Positions 48,616 through 59,276 are shown, counted from the first letter of the stretch. The stretch is 64,000 nucleotides of DNA from Candidatus Latescibacterota bacterium (GCA_965208835.1 OZ242358.1:1024001-1088000), one strand, 5' to 3'. Numbers and translations: made by a program. Notes: generated by a model not told the origin, from the letters alone.

Positions 48616-49803
48616 ATGGACTTGTACGAGAAATACCGGATGACCCGCGTCATCAACGCCTGTGGGAAAATGACGCATCTGGCAGGGGCGGTCGTATTGC
48701 CGGAGGTGGTTGAAGAGGTGACGCACGCGATGGGTTGCTTCTACGACCTGGATGAACTCCAGGAACGCGCGGGAGAGGTAATCGTACGCGCCACGGGCGC
48801 ACAGTGGGGGTGCGTGACCTCCTGTACTGCGGCCGGCATCACGTTGGGTGTGGCTGCGTCCATGACCGGAAACGACCTCGGCAGGGTCGGGCAGCTTCCG
48901 GACACAACCGGGATGGCCAGCGAGGTCGTGATTCAGAAGGGCCACGCGGTGAACTTCGGCGCCCCCGTAACGCAGATGATCCGACTGGCCGGCGCCTCAG
49001 CCGTGGAGGTTGGAACGGTGCACGGTTCGACCGAAGAACAGATGAGGCACGCCATTGGAGACCGGACGGCGGCGGTTCTTTTCGTGGTGTCGCACCACAC
49101 TGTCCGGTACGGCGCCCTGCCTCTGACGAGGGTGGTCGGGATCGCGCACGAACACGGCGTCCCCGTGATCGTGGACGGGGCGGCGCAATCGTTCGTTATC
49201 AGAAAAATCCTGGACGCGGGCGCGGACCTTGTCGTCTGCAGCGGCCACAAGTATCTTTCAGGAACCACGGCCGGCGTGGTCTGCGGCCGGGAGGATCTGG
49301 TGCGGGCGGTGAACCTGCAGAACCGGGGCATCGGACGGCCGATGAAGGTGGGAAAGGAGGGGATCGTCGGCGCGATGGCGGCGCTGGGGTACCGGATGCG
49401 TCTGGACGTGGCGGGCTGGGAGGCGGAGCAGAACCGGAAGATGAACCGGGTGATGGCGCGCCTTGAAGGGGTTGACGGCGTCGAACTCGGCGTGGATCCC
49501 GATCCCAACGGGAATCCGTTCAGTCGCGCGCGGGTGACCGTGGATGCGGAGAAGACGGGATTGAGCGCCGCCGTGATCAACCTCGCGATGATGGAGGGAG
49601 ATCCATCCATCCGTCTACGCGCGCACCATACCGACGAGGGATACTTCACCGTGGATGCGATGGAGATGACGGACGAAGAGGTGGAACTGACGTGCGACCG
49701 GCTGGTGGGCCTGCTCTCGGCTTCGCCTGCCGAAAAAGCGATGCTGAGAGATCGCTACGGCGAGGAGGGCGAAGTGTCCTCTCGGTGGTCGTGGCTGCGT
49801 TGA
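48616..49803 (+). CDS. SelA-like PLP enzyme (DgaE-like ammonia-lyase family)
   Basis: VINACGKMT, IQKGH, IVDGAA, CSGHKYL, GIGRPMKVGKE. Confidence 0.85.
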   Translation: MDLYEKYRMTRVINACGKMTHLAGAVVLPEVVEEVTHAMGCFYDLDELQERAGEVIVRATGAQWGCVTSCTAAGITLGVAASMTGNDLGRVGQLPDTTGMASEVVIQKGHAVNFGAPVTQMIRLAGASAVEVGTVHGSTEEQMRHAIGDRTAAVLFVVSHHTVRYGALPLTRVVGIAHEHGVPVIVDGAAQSFVIRKILDAGADLVVCSGHKYLSGTTAGVVCGREDLVRAVNLQNRGIGRPMKVGKEGIVGAMAALGYRMRLDVAGWEAEQNRKMNRVMARLEGVDGVELGVDPDPNGNPFSRARVTVDAEKTGLSAAVINLAMMEGDPSIRLRAHHTDEGYFTVDAMEMTDEEVELTCDRLVGLLSASPAEKAMLRDRYGEEGEVSSRWSWLR

Positions 49804-49876
49804 AACGGCAACCCGTTCACCTGGTACAGGCAGCCAAACCTTTGGCGCGTTCCGGCTGGCAGACCCGCGCGGATAA

Positions 49877-50515
49877 CTACAGTTTCTCGACCCGGATGTT
49901 GCGGTATTTCGCGCCGGTGCGCTGGACTTCCAGCCAGATGGAGACCGGAAACACAGGTATGTAGGGATGACTCAGCTGCACGTTTCCGGAGCTGACCGTA
50001 AAGTCCGCCCCGTCCACGGTGCAGACCACGTCGTACCACATTCCGGTCTGAACCTGAAACTCCGCTGCGGCCTCACGATTCCACGGTCCGTATATTCCGG
50101 ATGGATCGATGTACTTGCGGCCGCTGTCGATCTGAATCGTATGCGGCGCGTCGTCATCCATCGCCACCAGCATATTGTCGCCTTCAGCGTCCACGAAGCC
50201 CACGATCTTGCCGTCACTGCTTGATCGCTCGACGAGCAACACCTGGTAACGGAGTCGAAACGGACTGTCGACAACCCGCTCCGAAACGAGGAAGTGAATG
50301 CGCTTCGACGTGGGACAGACAATCGCGCTATCCTGGACGGTCCACTGATCGGAAAGCGGCCGCCACCCCTCCAGCGTTTCCCCGTCGAAGAGATTCCCGC
50401 TGTCGCCCTCAACTTTCTTCCGCTGTTCCTCCACCACACCCGTTCTCGTCAGCAGAAGCGCGATCAGGACGACGTTGGCCAGGAGGCTGGCAACCGTCAC
50501 CGCTTTTCTGTTCAT
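49877..50515 (-). CDS. Membrane-anchored DUF1080 (3-keto-disaccharide hydrolase-like) protein
   Basis: N-terminal TM segment; LFDGETLEGW..WTVQD; C-terminal YRNIRV. Confidence 0.7.
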   Translation of the reverse strand: MNRKAVTVASLLANVVLIALLLTRTGVVEEQRKKVEGDSGNLFDGETLEGWRPLSDQWTVQDSAIVCPTSKRIHFLVSERVVDSPFRLRYQVLLVERSSSDGKIVGFVDAEGDNMLVAMDDDAPHTIQIDSGRKYIDPSGIYGPWNREAAAEFQVQTGMWYDVVCTVDGADFTVSSGNVQLSHPYIPVFPVSIWLEVQRTGAKYRNIRVEKL

Positions 50516-51783
50516 GGATGCGAGTCTCCCTTCGGTTTCCGTGCAAAAAGTGAGCCGCCACCGAACATCCGGGCGATGTCATTTCGGATGTCCTGTTCGG
50601 TCAGCGGCCAGCCTGCGACTCCCAACGCCTCGTACTTCCCGACGAATACCGGAGCGATGGCTCTGATGGAATGGGTCCATTTGTAGAGCAGCTGGTCCAG
50701 GACCCGGGCGTCTGAGTGTTGAGGCACGAAGCCGGATCCCAGCAGTTCAAGGCGTTCGGCCGTGATTTCCCGGATAATGCTGGGGTTGTTCAGGAACCAC
50801 CAGCAGCCGAACGGCGTGATGTTGGGGAATTTCCTGGCGGCAACGCAGAGTTCATGCTGGTTTTCGCGGGAAAGCAGCGTGACGAGGAAGTTCACGTCGG
50901 GCCATTCGCGGGCGATGTTCTCGAGAAAGGTCACATCCCATTCTCCAACGCCGTCGCCCCCGTCCCGCAGCAGGGGGTTGACCCCGCGTCTGACGCCCAC
51001 CATCATGGCTGTCGGAATTCCGTGTTCCCGGGCCGTGGGGTAGACCGCGGCGCCCAGCAGCTTCGCAACGGCGGATTCGGAAGGATAGGCGAAGTCGGGC
51101 GGGAGGGAGATGGCCAGATAGCGGGCATTCATTCGCGCGATCCAGTCGTCGAGGTAACGTCGAAGTTCTGCAATCGTCCTGGACGAAAGATCGCTGTCCA
51201 CGGTATAACCGAGCTCCCTTAAATTCGCCACCGGTGCGGGCCACCCGGCCAGCGCGCTGTCCAGCCGGAGGGCGGCTTCAAACCGGGGATCCCGCTCGAA
51301 GCCCTTCCTCCAGACGGGTCCCTCCTGGTCGTCCAGGGGATCATTGGTCATATAGACGCGGGAGACGCCGGACTTGCGGAAGATGAGATCAACGTAGTCT
51401 TCCGGGTTTGTCTCCGAGAACAGGGCACGGAATTCGGACAGGGTGTCCGCCCGGGGGTTCAGGCCCAGCGACGACATCACCGTGACCACGCCCAGTTGGG
51501 CTTCAGAGAGCGGGCTGCCGTTTCCCGCGAAGAGGGCGCGCCAGACGATATCGGCCTGCCGGGGTTTCGGCAGTGCGTTGAACTGTGCGACGGTAGTTCC
51601 GGGGGGAAGCTGGCGGCAGGTTTCGACCTTGAGGTAGTGGTAGGTAAGCAGTTCGTCAGGCCCCATCAGGCAGAGCGGACCCATCTGTGCCGGATAGAGG
51701 TGGGTATGGATATCGACGATCGGCTGGTTTTCGAATGCGCGCGATACCGCTTCGCTGACGGAGAAAGCGGCAGGGGGTGGCAT
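50512..51783 (-). CDS. uxaC: Uronate (glucuronate) isomerase, divergent amidohydrolase type
   Basis: DIHTHL, LLTYHYL, MTNDP, FGCWWF, QHSDARVLDQLLYKW. Confidence 0.85.
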   Translation of the reverse strand: MPPPAAFSVSEAVSRAFENQPIVDIHTHLYPAQMGPLCLMGPDELLTYHYLKVETCRQLPPGTTVAQFNALPKPRQADIVWRALFAGNGSPLSEAQLGVVTVMSSLGLNPRADTLSEFRALFSETNPEDYVDLIFRKSGVSRVYMTNDPLDDQEGPVWRKGFERDPRFEAALRLDSALAGWPAPVANLRELGYTVDSDLSSRTIAELRRYLDDWIARMNARYLAISLPPDFAYPSESAVAKLLGAAVYPTAREHGIPTAMMVGVRRGVNPLLRDGGDGVGEWDVTFLENIAREWPDVNFLVTLLSRENQHELCVAARKFPNITPFGCWWFLNNPSIIREITAERLELLGSGFVPQHSDARVLDQLLYKWTHSIRAIAPVFVGKYEALGVAGWPLTEQDIRNDIARMFGGGSLFARKPKGDSHP

Positions 51784-51878
51784 GAAGTCTCCTCGATCGA
51801 AAGAGCCGTAAACCGGGTCCTGTAAGAACCGGGGCATTCGCGCAAAACCGTTTTGCAAAGGCGTCAGGAAAACTACTT

Positions 51879-52847
51879 TCAGGCAGTTTGTATAAGATAT
51901 CCCTTTTTCTTGTTCACCACGTTCATGAGGGGTTCTTCAGCCAGGTAGCGCCGGAGGTTTTCCTTGAAGATTCGAAGGATATTTCCACGTCCCTCTGGAG
52001 AGTACCCGGCTGAGTGGGGAGCGAACACGACGTTGGGCATGTCCCACAACGGGCTGGAATCCGGCAGCGGTTCCTCTTCGAAGACGTCGAGGCCCGCCCC
52101 GGCGATACGTTTCTCCAGGAGAGCCCGGACCAGATCGGTTTCGTTGACGATGGGCCCGCGTGCGATATTCACCAGAAAGGCCGAATCTTTCATCCGGTCG
52201 AAGCAGGTCTCGTCGATAAGTGAGTTCGTGTCTTCGGTCTGAGGCAGCGCCACAATGACGTAGTCTGCATCGGCGATGGCATGCAACAGCTCATCCGCCA
52301 TGAACAGGCGTCTAACGCCGGTTGGCGGCGTTGTGACCTGGGCGTCTACAGCGGTCACCATGAGCCCGAGGGCGTTGAGCCGGGCGGCGATGCTGCGTCC
52401 GATGGAACCCAAACCGAGCACACAAGCCGTTTTTCCATGGATCTGAGTGACCGTGTCAGTATGCCGGTCCCAGATGCGGTCCTTTCTGTCGCGTTCGTAG
52501 CGCATGAGCCCACGGGCGTGGGCGAGCATGAATGCCAGGGCCTGTTCCGCCATCGCGGCGTCGAAGGCACCCGCGGTGTTCGTGATGACCACGTCGCTCT
52601 CGACCATCTCGGGATACAGCATGGTCTCGAATCCCACGCCGATACTCTGTACCCATCGAAGTTTTCCGGCTCTGAGAAAGGGCGCTCGGGGCAGTCGTCC
52701 GTAGACGACTTCCGCGTCGGGAATCTCCCGCAGCAATTCCTCGTCGGAACGCGCGGCGATCGCTTTCACTCGCGGAGAAAGCGATTCGAGTTGTTCCCGC
52801 CATTCGGTCCATGGACCGGCCATCATGACGACTTTAACGGTTGACAT
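51879..52847 (-). CDS. D-2-hydroxyacid dehydrogenase
   Basis: LGLGSIG, NIARG, DVFEEEPL, PHSAG. Confidence 0.9.
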   Translation of the reverse strand: MSTVKVVMMAGPWTEWREQLESLSPRVKAIAARSDEELLREIPDAEVVYGRLPRAPFLRAGKLRWVQSIGVGFETMLYPEMVESDVVITNTAGAFDAAMAEQALAFMLAHARGLMRYERDRKDRIWDRHTDTVTQIHGKTACVLGLGSIGRSIAARLNALGLMVTAVDAQVTTPPTGVRRLFMADELLHAIADADYVIVALPQTEDTNSLIDETCFDRMKDSAFLVNIARGPIVNETDLVRALLEKRIAGAGLDVFEEEPLPDSSPLWDMPNVVFAPHSAGYSPEGRGNILRIFKENLRRYLAEEPLMNVVNKKKGYLIQTA

Positions 52848-52960
52848 TGCAATCCCTCATGAAGCGCGGATCAAATAAACGCCGGAATGGCGACAGCACG
52901 TTCAGGCGCGGGAACTGGACCGCCGGCCGGCCGCGCCGGCAGGTCGCTTCCGCGATCCTG

Positions 52961-53123
52961 GTGTTCTGTCCCGAAAATAAGTTGCCAAAATTCGACCGCC
53001 GAGTCGCCCGGCTCGCAAGGCGCCGGAGCGCAGGCGACCTGCGTAAGGTCGGCGAGCGAGGGGAACGTAGCGAGACGGGATGAATCGGCGGTCGAATGGT
53101 GAGGAATTTTTGGGACAGGACAC
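52961..53123 (-). mobile_element. MITE family B, copy 3
   Basis: Reverse-oriented homolog of 46903-47057; TIR GTGTTCTGTCCC / GGGACAGGACAC followed by TA. Confidence 0.85.
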
Positions 53124-53741
53124 TACAGGGCAGTAGTATATTCCTTTAGCCGGCGCAAGTCAAGAAGCGACAAGTGTTGGTACGCCTCGCCCGGTGACAA
53201 CAGGAAACGAGCCGGATTTCCGGTCAGACCGCGGCCTGAGCAGCTTACTTGCGCCTTTGGGAAAGCGGGGCGGTCATCGCAAATCGGAATTCGGCCTTGA
53301 ATTGCGCAAAATATCGGAAATTTTTTCGCTCATTCATTGCCATTTGCGGCGATTTTACTATATTAGTAACAGAATTGCAGTATTTCAGCCTACCCGGCGC
53401 GCTTTTCCCCATGGGCTCTCGTTTCCGAAACGCGCCAGGTACAACCTCCCCTGGAATCTCTTAGCGGTCAAGAGACACCCGATGACATCCTGTCACACCG
53501 CAATAGGAGAAACTGCCTATGGTGATTAGGGAGGAGTCGTTTGTACGCCCTTCTGTCACGATAACGATCGGGATCCGGTAGTCACAGGGTCCGGGTATTG
53601 ACGGACAACACCAGGTTCAGTCCATATGGGTCGTCATGAGCCGATTCACCGCAAACGCCGCAGCTGCCGGCGGCCGCTTTCACGGCGAATCAAACCCATC
53701 ACCAGCCCGATCGCGAAACCCGAAACATAAGGAATTGCGCT

Positions 53742-56393
53742 ATGAAGTCCAGTTTCAGTTTCAAAATGACGAAGTTCGTATTGTGGCCCGTCGTGTTTGC
53801 AATGTCCATCCTTCATTTGACGACCGGTGTCTCGGTGTCGCAGGAAACCGAGGGGACGGCCGAATCCGATTCCTCGGAAATCATACTTGACGAGATCGTC
53901 GAACTGGAAGAGCTGGTCGTGATCGGCTCTCGCAGACCGCGCTCCGCGACGAAATCGGTCGTGCCCATCGACGTCGTCACCAGCGAGGATTTCGTCAAGC
54001 AGGGCGGCACGGATATGACCGACCTGTTGCGAAATGTGATTCCGTCCTACAACGTCAACTCACAGCCCATCAGCGACGCTGGCACGGTCGTCCGGCCGCC
54101 GAACCTGCGAGGCCTTGCGCCGGACCACGCACTGGTGCTCGTCAACGGCAAGCGCCGGCACCGGGCGGCGGTGATTCACTGGCTGGGCAACGGCGTCGCA
54201 GACGGCGCGCAGGGCCCCGACCTCACCGCCATCCCCGCCATCGCCCTGAAACGTGTGGAGGTCCTCCGCGACGGCGCCTCGGCGCAATATGGATCCGATG
54301 CGATCGCGGGCGTGCTGGACTTCCGCCTGAAAGACAGCCACGAAGGAATGGCCGCGGACGTGAAGGTGGGGAGCTTTCAGGATGGGGAAGGAAAGTTCCT
54401 GGGCGACGGCGAGATGTTCACGGCCGCGTTCAATATTGGTCTGGGCAACGAGAACACCTGGGCCAACCTCAGCCTGGAATATGGAAATACCGGCGAAACA
54501 ATCCGCTCGGTGCAGCGCAATGACGCCGCGGGGCTGATTTCGGCGGGCAATACCGAGGTGGCGAATCCCGCCCAGATCTGGGGTCAGCCATTCGTTCGCG
54601 ACGACCTGAAAATCTTCGCCAACTACGGCGCCACCCTTGGCGAAACCGTCGATTTCTACGGCCACGCGAATTATGCCGATAAGGAAACGGAGGGCGGGTT
54701 CTATTTCCGGAATCCACATACCCGCAGCGGCGTGTTCAAGGGGCCGCTGATTGACCTGGACGGGGACGGTGAGGCCGAGACGCCATCCCTGCTGGTCGGC
54801 GACCTGGACGGCGTGGGTCAGGGCGGTGAATGCGTGCCGGTTCCCATCATTAACAACAGACCGGAACAGAACGCATGGCTCCAGGTTCGGGACGATCCCA
54901 ATTGCTTTTCCTTCCTGAAGATGTTTCCGGGGGGATTCACGCCGCGATTTGGCGCGTTTACAACGGATGAATCCATCCTGATGGGCATCAAGGGCACCGG
55001 TATCGGGGGGCAAGCGCTCGGATCGTGGGACCTGAGCATGTCTTACGGGCGTCACGAGGCGGACTACTTCATCTTCAATACCGTGAACGCATCCATGGGT
55101 CCCGCAACGCCCACGTATTTCGATCCGGGTTCCTACGTCCAGTCGGACGTCGCCGTAGATTTGGGTGTGACCTATCCAGTGAACCCGCAGGTCTTCCTTG
55201 CGGCGGGCGTGGAGTACCGGAAAGAAACGTTTGAGATCGTCGAGGGCCAGATCGAGTCCTATATTATCGGCCAGCCGCTGGCCAGCCAGGGATTTCAACC
55301 GGCGACGAACGGCTTTTCCGGCTTCAGCAAAGTGGCCGCCGGCAGGTGGTCGAGACCGAACATAGCGGTTTACGCGGAAGGGGACATTCAGCCCTCGGAC
55401 CGAGCGTCATTTTCCCTTGCTCTGCGCCAGGAGCGTTTCGACGAATTGAAAACGTTGTCGAATACGCCGCCGCTGACATCCGAGAAGTACAATTCCAGCA
55501 ACTACAAGGCTGCTTTCAACATAGGCTTAACCGAGAACGCCAGGGTTCGCGGCAGTTACAGCACAGGCTTCAGGGCGCCCACGCCCGGCCAGCAGAGCGC
55601 CTTCAACATCACCACCGAGTTCAACTTCGAGAAGAACGACCTGGTGAACAACGGAACGGTCCCCTCCACAAGCCGGGCGGCCGCGTTGAAGGGTGCCAAG
55701 CCTCTGGTGCCCGAGAAGTCCAAAAACCTCTCGCTGGGTGTCGTCCTGGATATGGGCAATGCAAGCATGACCGTCGATTACTTTGACATCAGGGTGAACG
55801 ACCGCCTGACGGTTTCGCAGGACTTTGCACTTACTGATTCTGAGAGGGAGCAACTCATCAGGGAGGGCCTCACCAGCGCGGCAGGCCTGCAGGAATTCCG
55901 CTTCTTCACCAACGACTTTAACTCCAAGACCCAGGGGATCGACGTGGTGTTTTCGGCACCGGTGGGTCTGGGCGTGATGAACATCGCATACAACTACACC
56001 GGTACGAAGGTTACGGAACACAATCCGGAAATTCTGGACGACCTTCGGCTCAGGGAACTGGAGGAGAATCTTCCCAAACAGCGCGGGAACCTGACCATCA
56101 CCCAGACGCTCACGAGCCGATGGGACGTGCTGGGCCGCATCAGCTATTTCGGCGAGTGGTACGACTCCGAAGACGATCAGGTCTACAGCGGCAAGGTCCT
56201 GATCGACGCCGAGACCAGTGTATCGTTCGACGACTACAGGTCGAAGGTTGCGATCGGCGCGCAGAACATCTTCAATACCTATCCCGACGAACACGAGAAG
56301 GCCAGGGACAGGACGGGCAACAAGTACAGCCAGTTCAGCCCGTTCGGATTCGGCGGCGCGTTCTGGTACGCGAAATACAGCTTCCATTATTAG
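53742..56393 (+). CDS. TonB-dependent receptor
   Basis: Signal peptide; ELVVIGSR; plug LVLVNGKR and RVEVLRDGASAQYGSDAIAGV; STGFRAP; aromatic C-terminus. Confidence 0.93.
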   Translation: MKSSFSFKMTKFVLWPVVFAMSILHLTTGVSVSQETEGTAESDSSEIILDEIVELEELVVIGSRRPRSATKSVVPIDVVTSEDFVKQGGTDMTDLLRNVIPSYNVNSQPISDAGTVVRPPNLRGLAPDHALVLVNGKRRHRAAVIHWLGNGVADGAQGPDLTAIPAIALKRVEVLRDGASAQYGSDAIAGVLDFRLKDSHEGMAADVKVGSFQDGEGKFLGDGEMFTAAFNIGLGNENTWANLSLEYGNTGETIRSVQRNDAAGLISAGNTEVANPAQIWGQPFVRDDLKIFANYGATLGETVDFYGHANYADKETEGGFYFRNPHTRSGVFKGPLIDLDGDGEAETPSLLVGDLDGVGQGGECVPVPIINNRPEQNAWLQVRDDPNCFSFLKMFPGGFTPRFGAFTTDESILMGIKGTGIGGQALGSWDLSMSYGRHEADYFIFNTVNASMGPATPTYFDPGSYVQSDVAVDLGVTYPVNPQVFLAAGVEYRKETFEIVEGQIESYIIGQPLASQGFQPATNGFSGFSKVAAGRWSRPNIAVYAEGDIQPSDRASFSLALRQERFDELKTLSNTPPLTSEKYNSSNYKAAFNIGLTENARVRGSYSTGFRAPTPGQQSAFNITTEFNFEKNDLVNNGTVPSTSRAAALKGAKPLVPEKSKNLSLGVVLDMGNASMTVDYFDIRVNDRLTVSQDFALTDSEREQLIREGLTSAAGLQEFRFFTNDFNSKTQGIDVVFSAPVGLGVMNIAYNYTGTKVTEHNPEILDDLRLRELEENLPKQRGNLTITQTLTSRWDVLGRISYFGEWYDSEDDQVYSGKVLIDAETSVSFDDYRSKVAIGAQNIFNTYPDEHEKARDRTGNKYSQFSPFGFGGAFWYAKYSFHY

Positions 56394-56456
56394 AGCGGGG
56401 ATGAGTCTGACGCGGGCGGGACCGCCGCGTCGATTCACTCTGAAACGAAACACAAG

Positions 56457-56496
56457 AAAACGCAACGGCAGGATGTATTGCCGTTGCGTTTTTTTT
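56457..56496. terminator. Intrinsic terminator, probably bidirectional
   Basis: AAAACGCAACGGCA / TGCCGTTGCGTTTT 14-bp stem with T8 tail, between convergent genes. Confidence 0.85.
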
Positions 56497-56514
56497 CTAA
56501 TGGGAGACGGCGTG

Positions 56515-57324
56515 TCAGCCCGTCGGAGGCGAATCCGGTGTATCGGCGTCGTACACGACCGGGCAACAGTCCGTGTTGTGAATGAACTGGGCGAGGGTGC
56601 CTTCCGACGGGGCAACGGGGCACGAGTTTTCCGTGCGCATGTGGATGGCGAAACTCCGCCGGGGCGCGCCGGAACGGTTGGGACGGCTTCCGTGGAAGGT
56701 GAGGCAGTGGTGGAACGAAATGCCCCCCGGCGGAAGGATCGCTTCCTCTTCACGCCACGTTTCGCCTCGAGGCAGGGTGATCTGCTCGCGCTGAATCTCG
56801 ATATCGTCGAAGTAAAAATCGCCCTGGTTGAGCAGTCCCCATCTGTGCGAACCCTTCACGAAGGCCATGGGGCCGGTGTCAGCGCTCACGTTGGAAACGG
56901 CGACCCACGCGGTGAACAGCTCGCTGCCCTCCTTCCAGGTCTTCCAATACTGCCGGTCCTGGTGCCATCCTACGCTGACGCCGGACCCGGATTCCGTTCT
57001 TACGGGCGGCTTGGAAAGGAGCTGGACCCACCAGACCTGTACCCTACTCGCGCCGGTGACTTCCGCTGCAAGCCGTCCGATAGCGGGATGGCTGACAAGC
57101 TCCATAATGGCGTGGTTGGCAAGCTGGGGCATTTCGACCTTGCCCAGCTTGTTCGGGTCGTCGCCGGGGTTCCAATAGGAGGGTTGCGGGGGAATACCTG
57201 TCTCGTATCGACCAGCCAGCACGTCATCCATGCCATCCATGCAGCGTTGCACGAGTTCTGCGGGAATCACGGGTTGCGGGTGGATGACGTAGCCGTCGCT
57301 CAGGTAATCTTCGTGGCGTGCCAT
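56515..57324 (-). CDS. PhyH family Fe(II)/2-oxoglutarate dioxygenase
   Basis: GWHQD, TAWVA, VKGSH, FHGSRPN; start at ATG 57324. Confidence 0.9.
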   Translation of the reverse strand: MARHEDYLSDGYVIHPQPVIPAELVQRCMDGMDDVLAGRYETGIPPQPSYWNPGDDPNKLGKVEMPQLANHAIMELVSHPAIGRLAAEVTGASRVQVWWVQLLSKPPVRTESGSGVSVGWHQDRQYWKTWKEGSELFTAWVAVSNVSADTGPMAFVKGSHRWGLLNQGDFYFDDIEIQREQITLPRGETWREEEAILPPGGISFHHCLTFHGSRPNRSGAPRRSFAIHMRTENSCPVAPSEGTLAQFIHNTDCCPVVYDADTPDSPPTG

Positions 57325-57352
57325 GGCGTGTTCCTCTCGTCCATCCCGGATC

Positions 57353-58990
57353 TCACCAGGCCGCGGCATAGCCGTCCCGGCGCGGGTCCGACCCGCCGAT
57401 GAGCGTGTTGGTTTCCGGGTGGATGGTGATCGCCTGCGCACTGCCGGGACCGCCCCAGTCGCCCAGGATCCGGAGGTCGTGGCCGAGCCGGGCTAGGCCT
57501 TCACGGACGTCTTCGGAAAACCTTCCCTCGAGCTGAAGGACGTCTTCGCAGGTATGCGGGACCGTGGACTCCATCGGGTTCTGCAGGCTGCGCCATCGCG
57601 GCGCCTCAACGGCTTCCTGCGGGGTCATGCCGAAATCCAGAATATGGGTGATGAGCTGAAGATTGGTCTGTACCTGGGTGTCCGCGCCCGGCGTGCCGCA
57701 GACGAGTACGGCCTTGTTGCCCCGGGTGACGATGACCGGGTTCATGGTATGGCGTACCCGTTTCCCGGGCATGAGGCAGTTAGGATGGTCCTCTTCCAGG
57801 TGCCAGTACGTCATCCGGTTGTTGAGAAGGATACCCGTATTTCCGGCGATCAGGCCGGCGCCGAACCCGGACTGGATGGACTGCAGCACGCAGACGGCGT
57901 TTCCCCACCGGTCGGCCGTGCAGAAGCACGTGGTGTCCTCGTGGGACCCGGGCAGCCCGGCAGGGACGTCGGTTGCCGCGCGGTGAAGGTCGATTCGCCG
58001 CGCTTGCCGTGCGGCGTACGATTTGGAAAGCAGGCCCCTGAGCGGGATGTCCAGCCAGTCCGGGTCGGCAACAAAGGCTTCTCTGTCGGAGAACGCGAGC
58101 TTCTTGGCCTCCACCATCAGATGGATACACTCGGCCGTATTGCAGCCAAGGGACTGCAGATCGAAGCGCTCGACGATATTCAGCTCCTGGAGAAGGATGT
58201 GGCCGCTGGAGTTGGGCGGTGTTTCGTACACCGTGTGGCCCCTGTAGGTGGTGTGAATGGGATCTGTCCACCGGGCGTGGTGGTCCGCCAGGTCTTCTAT
58301 GGTAAGCAGGCCGTCTCTGGAACGGCTGAATGCGACGATGGCCTCCGCGATGTCGCCCTCGTACAGGGCCGACCGGCCTTCCGCGGCGATTCGGCGCAGC
58401 GTAGCGCCCAGGTCGCTCTGGCGAAGGACGTCGCCGGGACCGAGGGGCTGGCCGTCATTTGTAAACACGTTGCGGGTGAACGGGTCGGAGGCAAAGTTCG
58501 CGGTCCAGCCGGAAAGGCTTCCAGACAATTGGTGACTGACGGGAAACCCGTCTTCGCAGAGTGAGACAGCGGGTTCGAGGACCCGTTCGAGACTGAGCAG
58601 GCCGTGGCGTTCGTGGGCGATCAGCCAGCCGTCCACCAGGCCGGGGATGGAGACGCTCAGAATACCCCGCATGGGAATACCGCCGCGTTCCATATAGAAT
58701 TCCCGTGTGGCCGCCCGCGGTGCGGCGCCGGTGGCGTTGACGGCCGAGACTGCGCCCGTATCGGACCGGTAGATGAGCAGAAAGCCGTCGCCGCCTGCGC
58801 CCGATGCGGCTGGTTCGACAACGCCCAGCGCTGCGGCCGTCGCAACGGCGGCGTCGATGGCGTTTCCGCCTGCCATCAACGTGGTGATGCCGGCCTGGGA
58901 TGCCAGAGGGTGGCCGGAAGCGACGAGCCCGTTCCTTCCCATCACGGATGGGCGAAAGGCAGGATGGCCGATACCATGTGGAGATTGCAT
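57353..58990 (-). CDS. ggt: Gamma-glutamyltransferase family protein
   Basis: GGNAIDAAVA, GAGGDGF, TPPNSSG, DTTCF nucleophile, GILLNNR, PGKR, SDPRRDG. Confidence 0.92.
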   Translation of the reverse strand: MQSPHGIGHPAFRPSVMGRNGLVASGHPLASQAGITTLMAGGNAIDAAVATAAALGVVEPAASGAGGDGFLLIYRSDTGAVSAVNATGAAPRAATREFYMERGGIPMRGILSVSIPGLVDGWLIAHERHGLLSLERVLEPAVSLCEDGFPVSHQLSGSLSGWTANFASDPFTRNVFTNDGQPLGPGDVLRQSDLGATLRRIAAEGRSALYEGDIAEAIVAFSRSRDGLLTIEDLADHHARWTDPIHTTYRGHTVYETPPNSSGHILLQELNIVERFDLQSLGCNTAECIHLMVEAKKLAFSDREAFVADPDWLDIPLRGLLSKSYAARQARRIDLHRAATDVPAGLPGSHEDTTCFCTADRWGNAVCVLQSIQSGFGAGLIAGNTGILLNNRMTYWHLEEDHPNCLMPGKRVRHTMNPVIVTRGNKAVLVCGTPGADTQVQTNLQLITHILDFGMTPQEAVEAPRWRSLQNPMESTVPHTCEDVLQLEGRFSEDVREGLARLGHDLRILGDWGGPGSAQAITIHPETNTLIGGSDPRRDGYAAAW

Positions 58991-59004
58991 TGTGTTCTCC
59001 GGAC

Positions 59005-59213
59005 GAAGCTGTTTTGATATTACCGGTGAGTTCCCGAGCGCGAGCGAAAAGCGGCGGTTATGAGGCGCGAGGGGCGCGCAGCGCCGACGGGAGAATTCGC
59101 CTATGAGAGGCGAGCAAGCGCAGCCTCGATCTCGTAAGACGGGTGGGTTTGACCAACGCCGACCGGCGCCTTTGCAGCCGTGCGAAGACCGCTGGGAATT
59201 TTAAGACAGCCTC
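59005..59213 (+). mobile_element. MITE family A, copy 3 (eroded TIRs)
   Basis: Near-identical to the reverse complement of 6036-6245; ends GAAGCTGTTTTGATA / TTTTAAGACAGCCTC. Confidence 0.85.
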
Positions 59214-59276
59214 CAAGTCGATGGTTGATATCCGACCGGTTCAACAGCCAGTTGGATCCGACGAAGGAAGCGTGAA

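Noticed and set aside
48616-49803. Selenocysteine synthase SelA
   Set aside because: Lacks the SelA N-terminal domain; no selB/selC/selD nearby; motifs fit the DgaE-like branch.
53440-53640. Known riboswitch (cobalamin, TPP, SAM, FMN) before the TonB receptor
   Set aside because: Core consensus motifs not found by eye; kept only as an unclassified leader.
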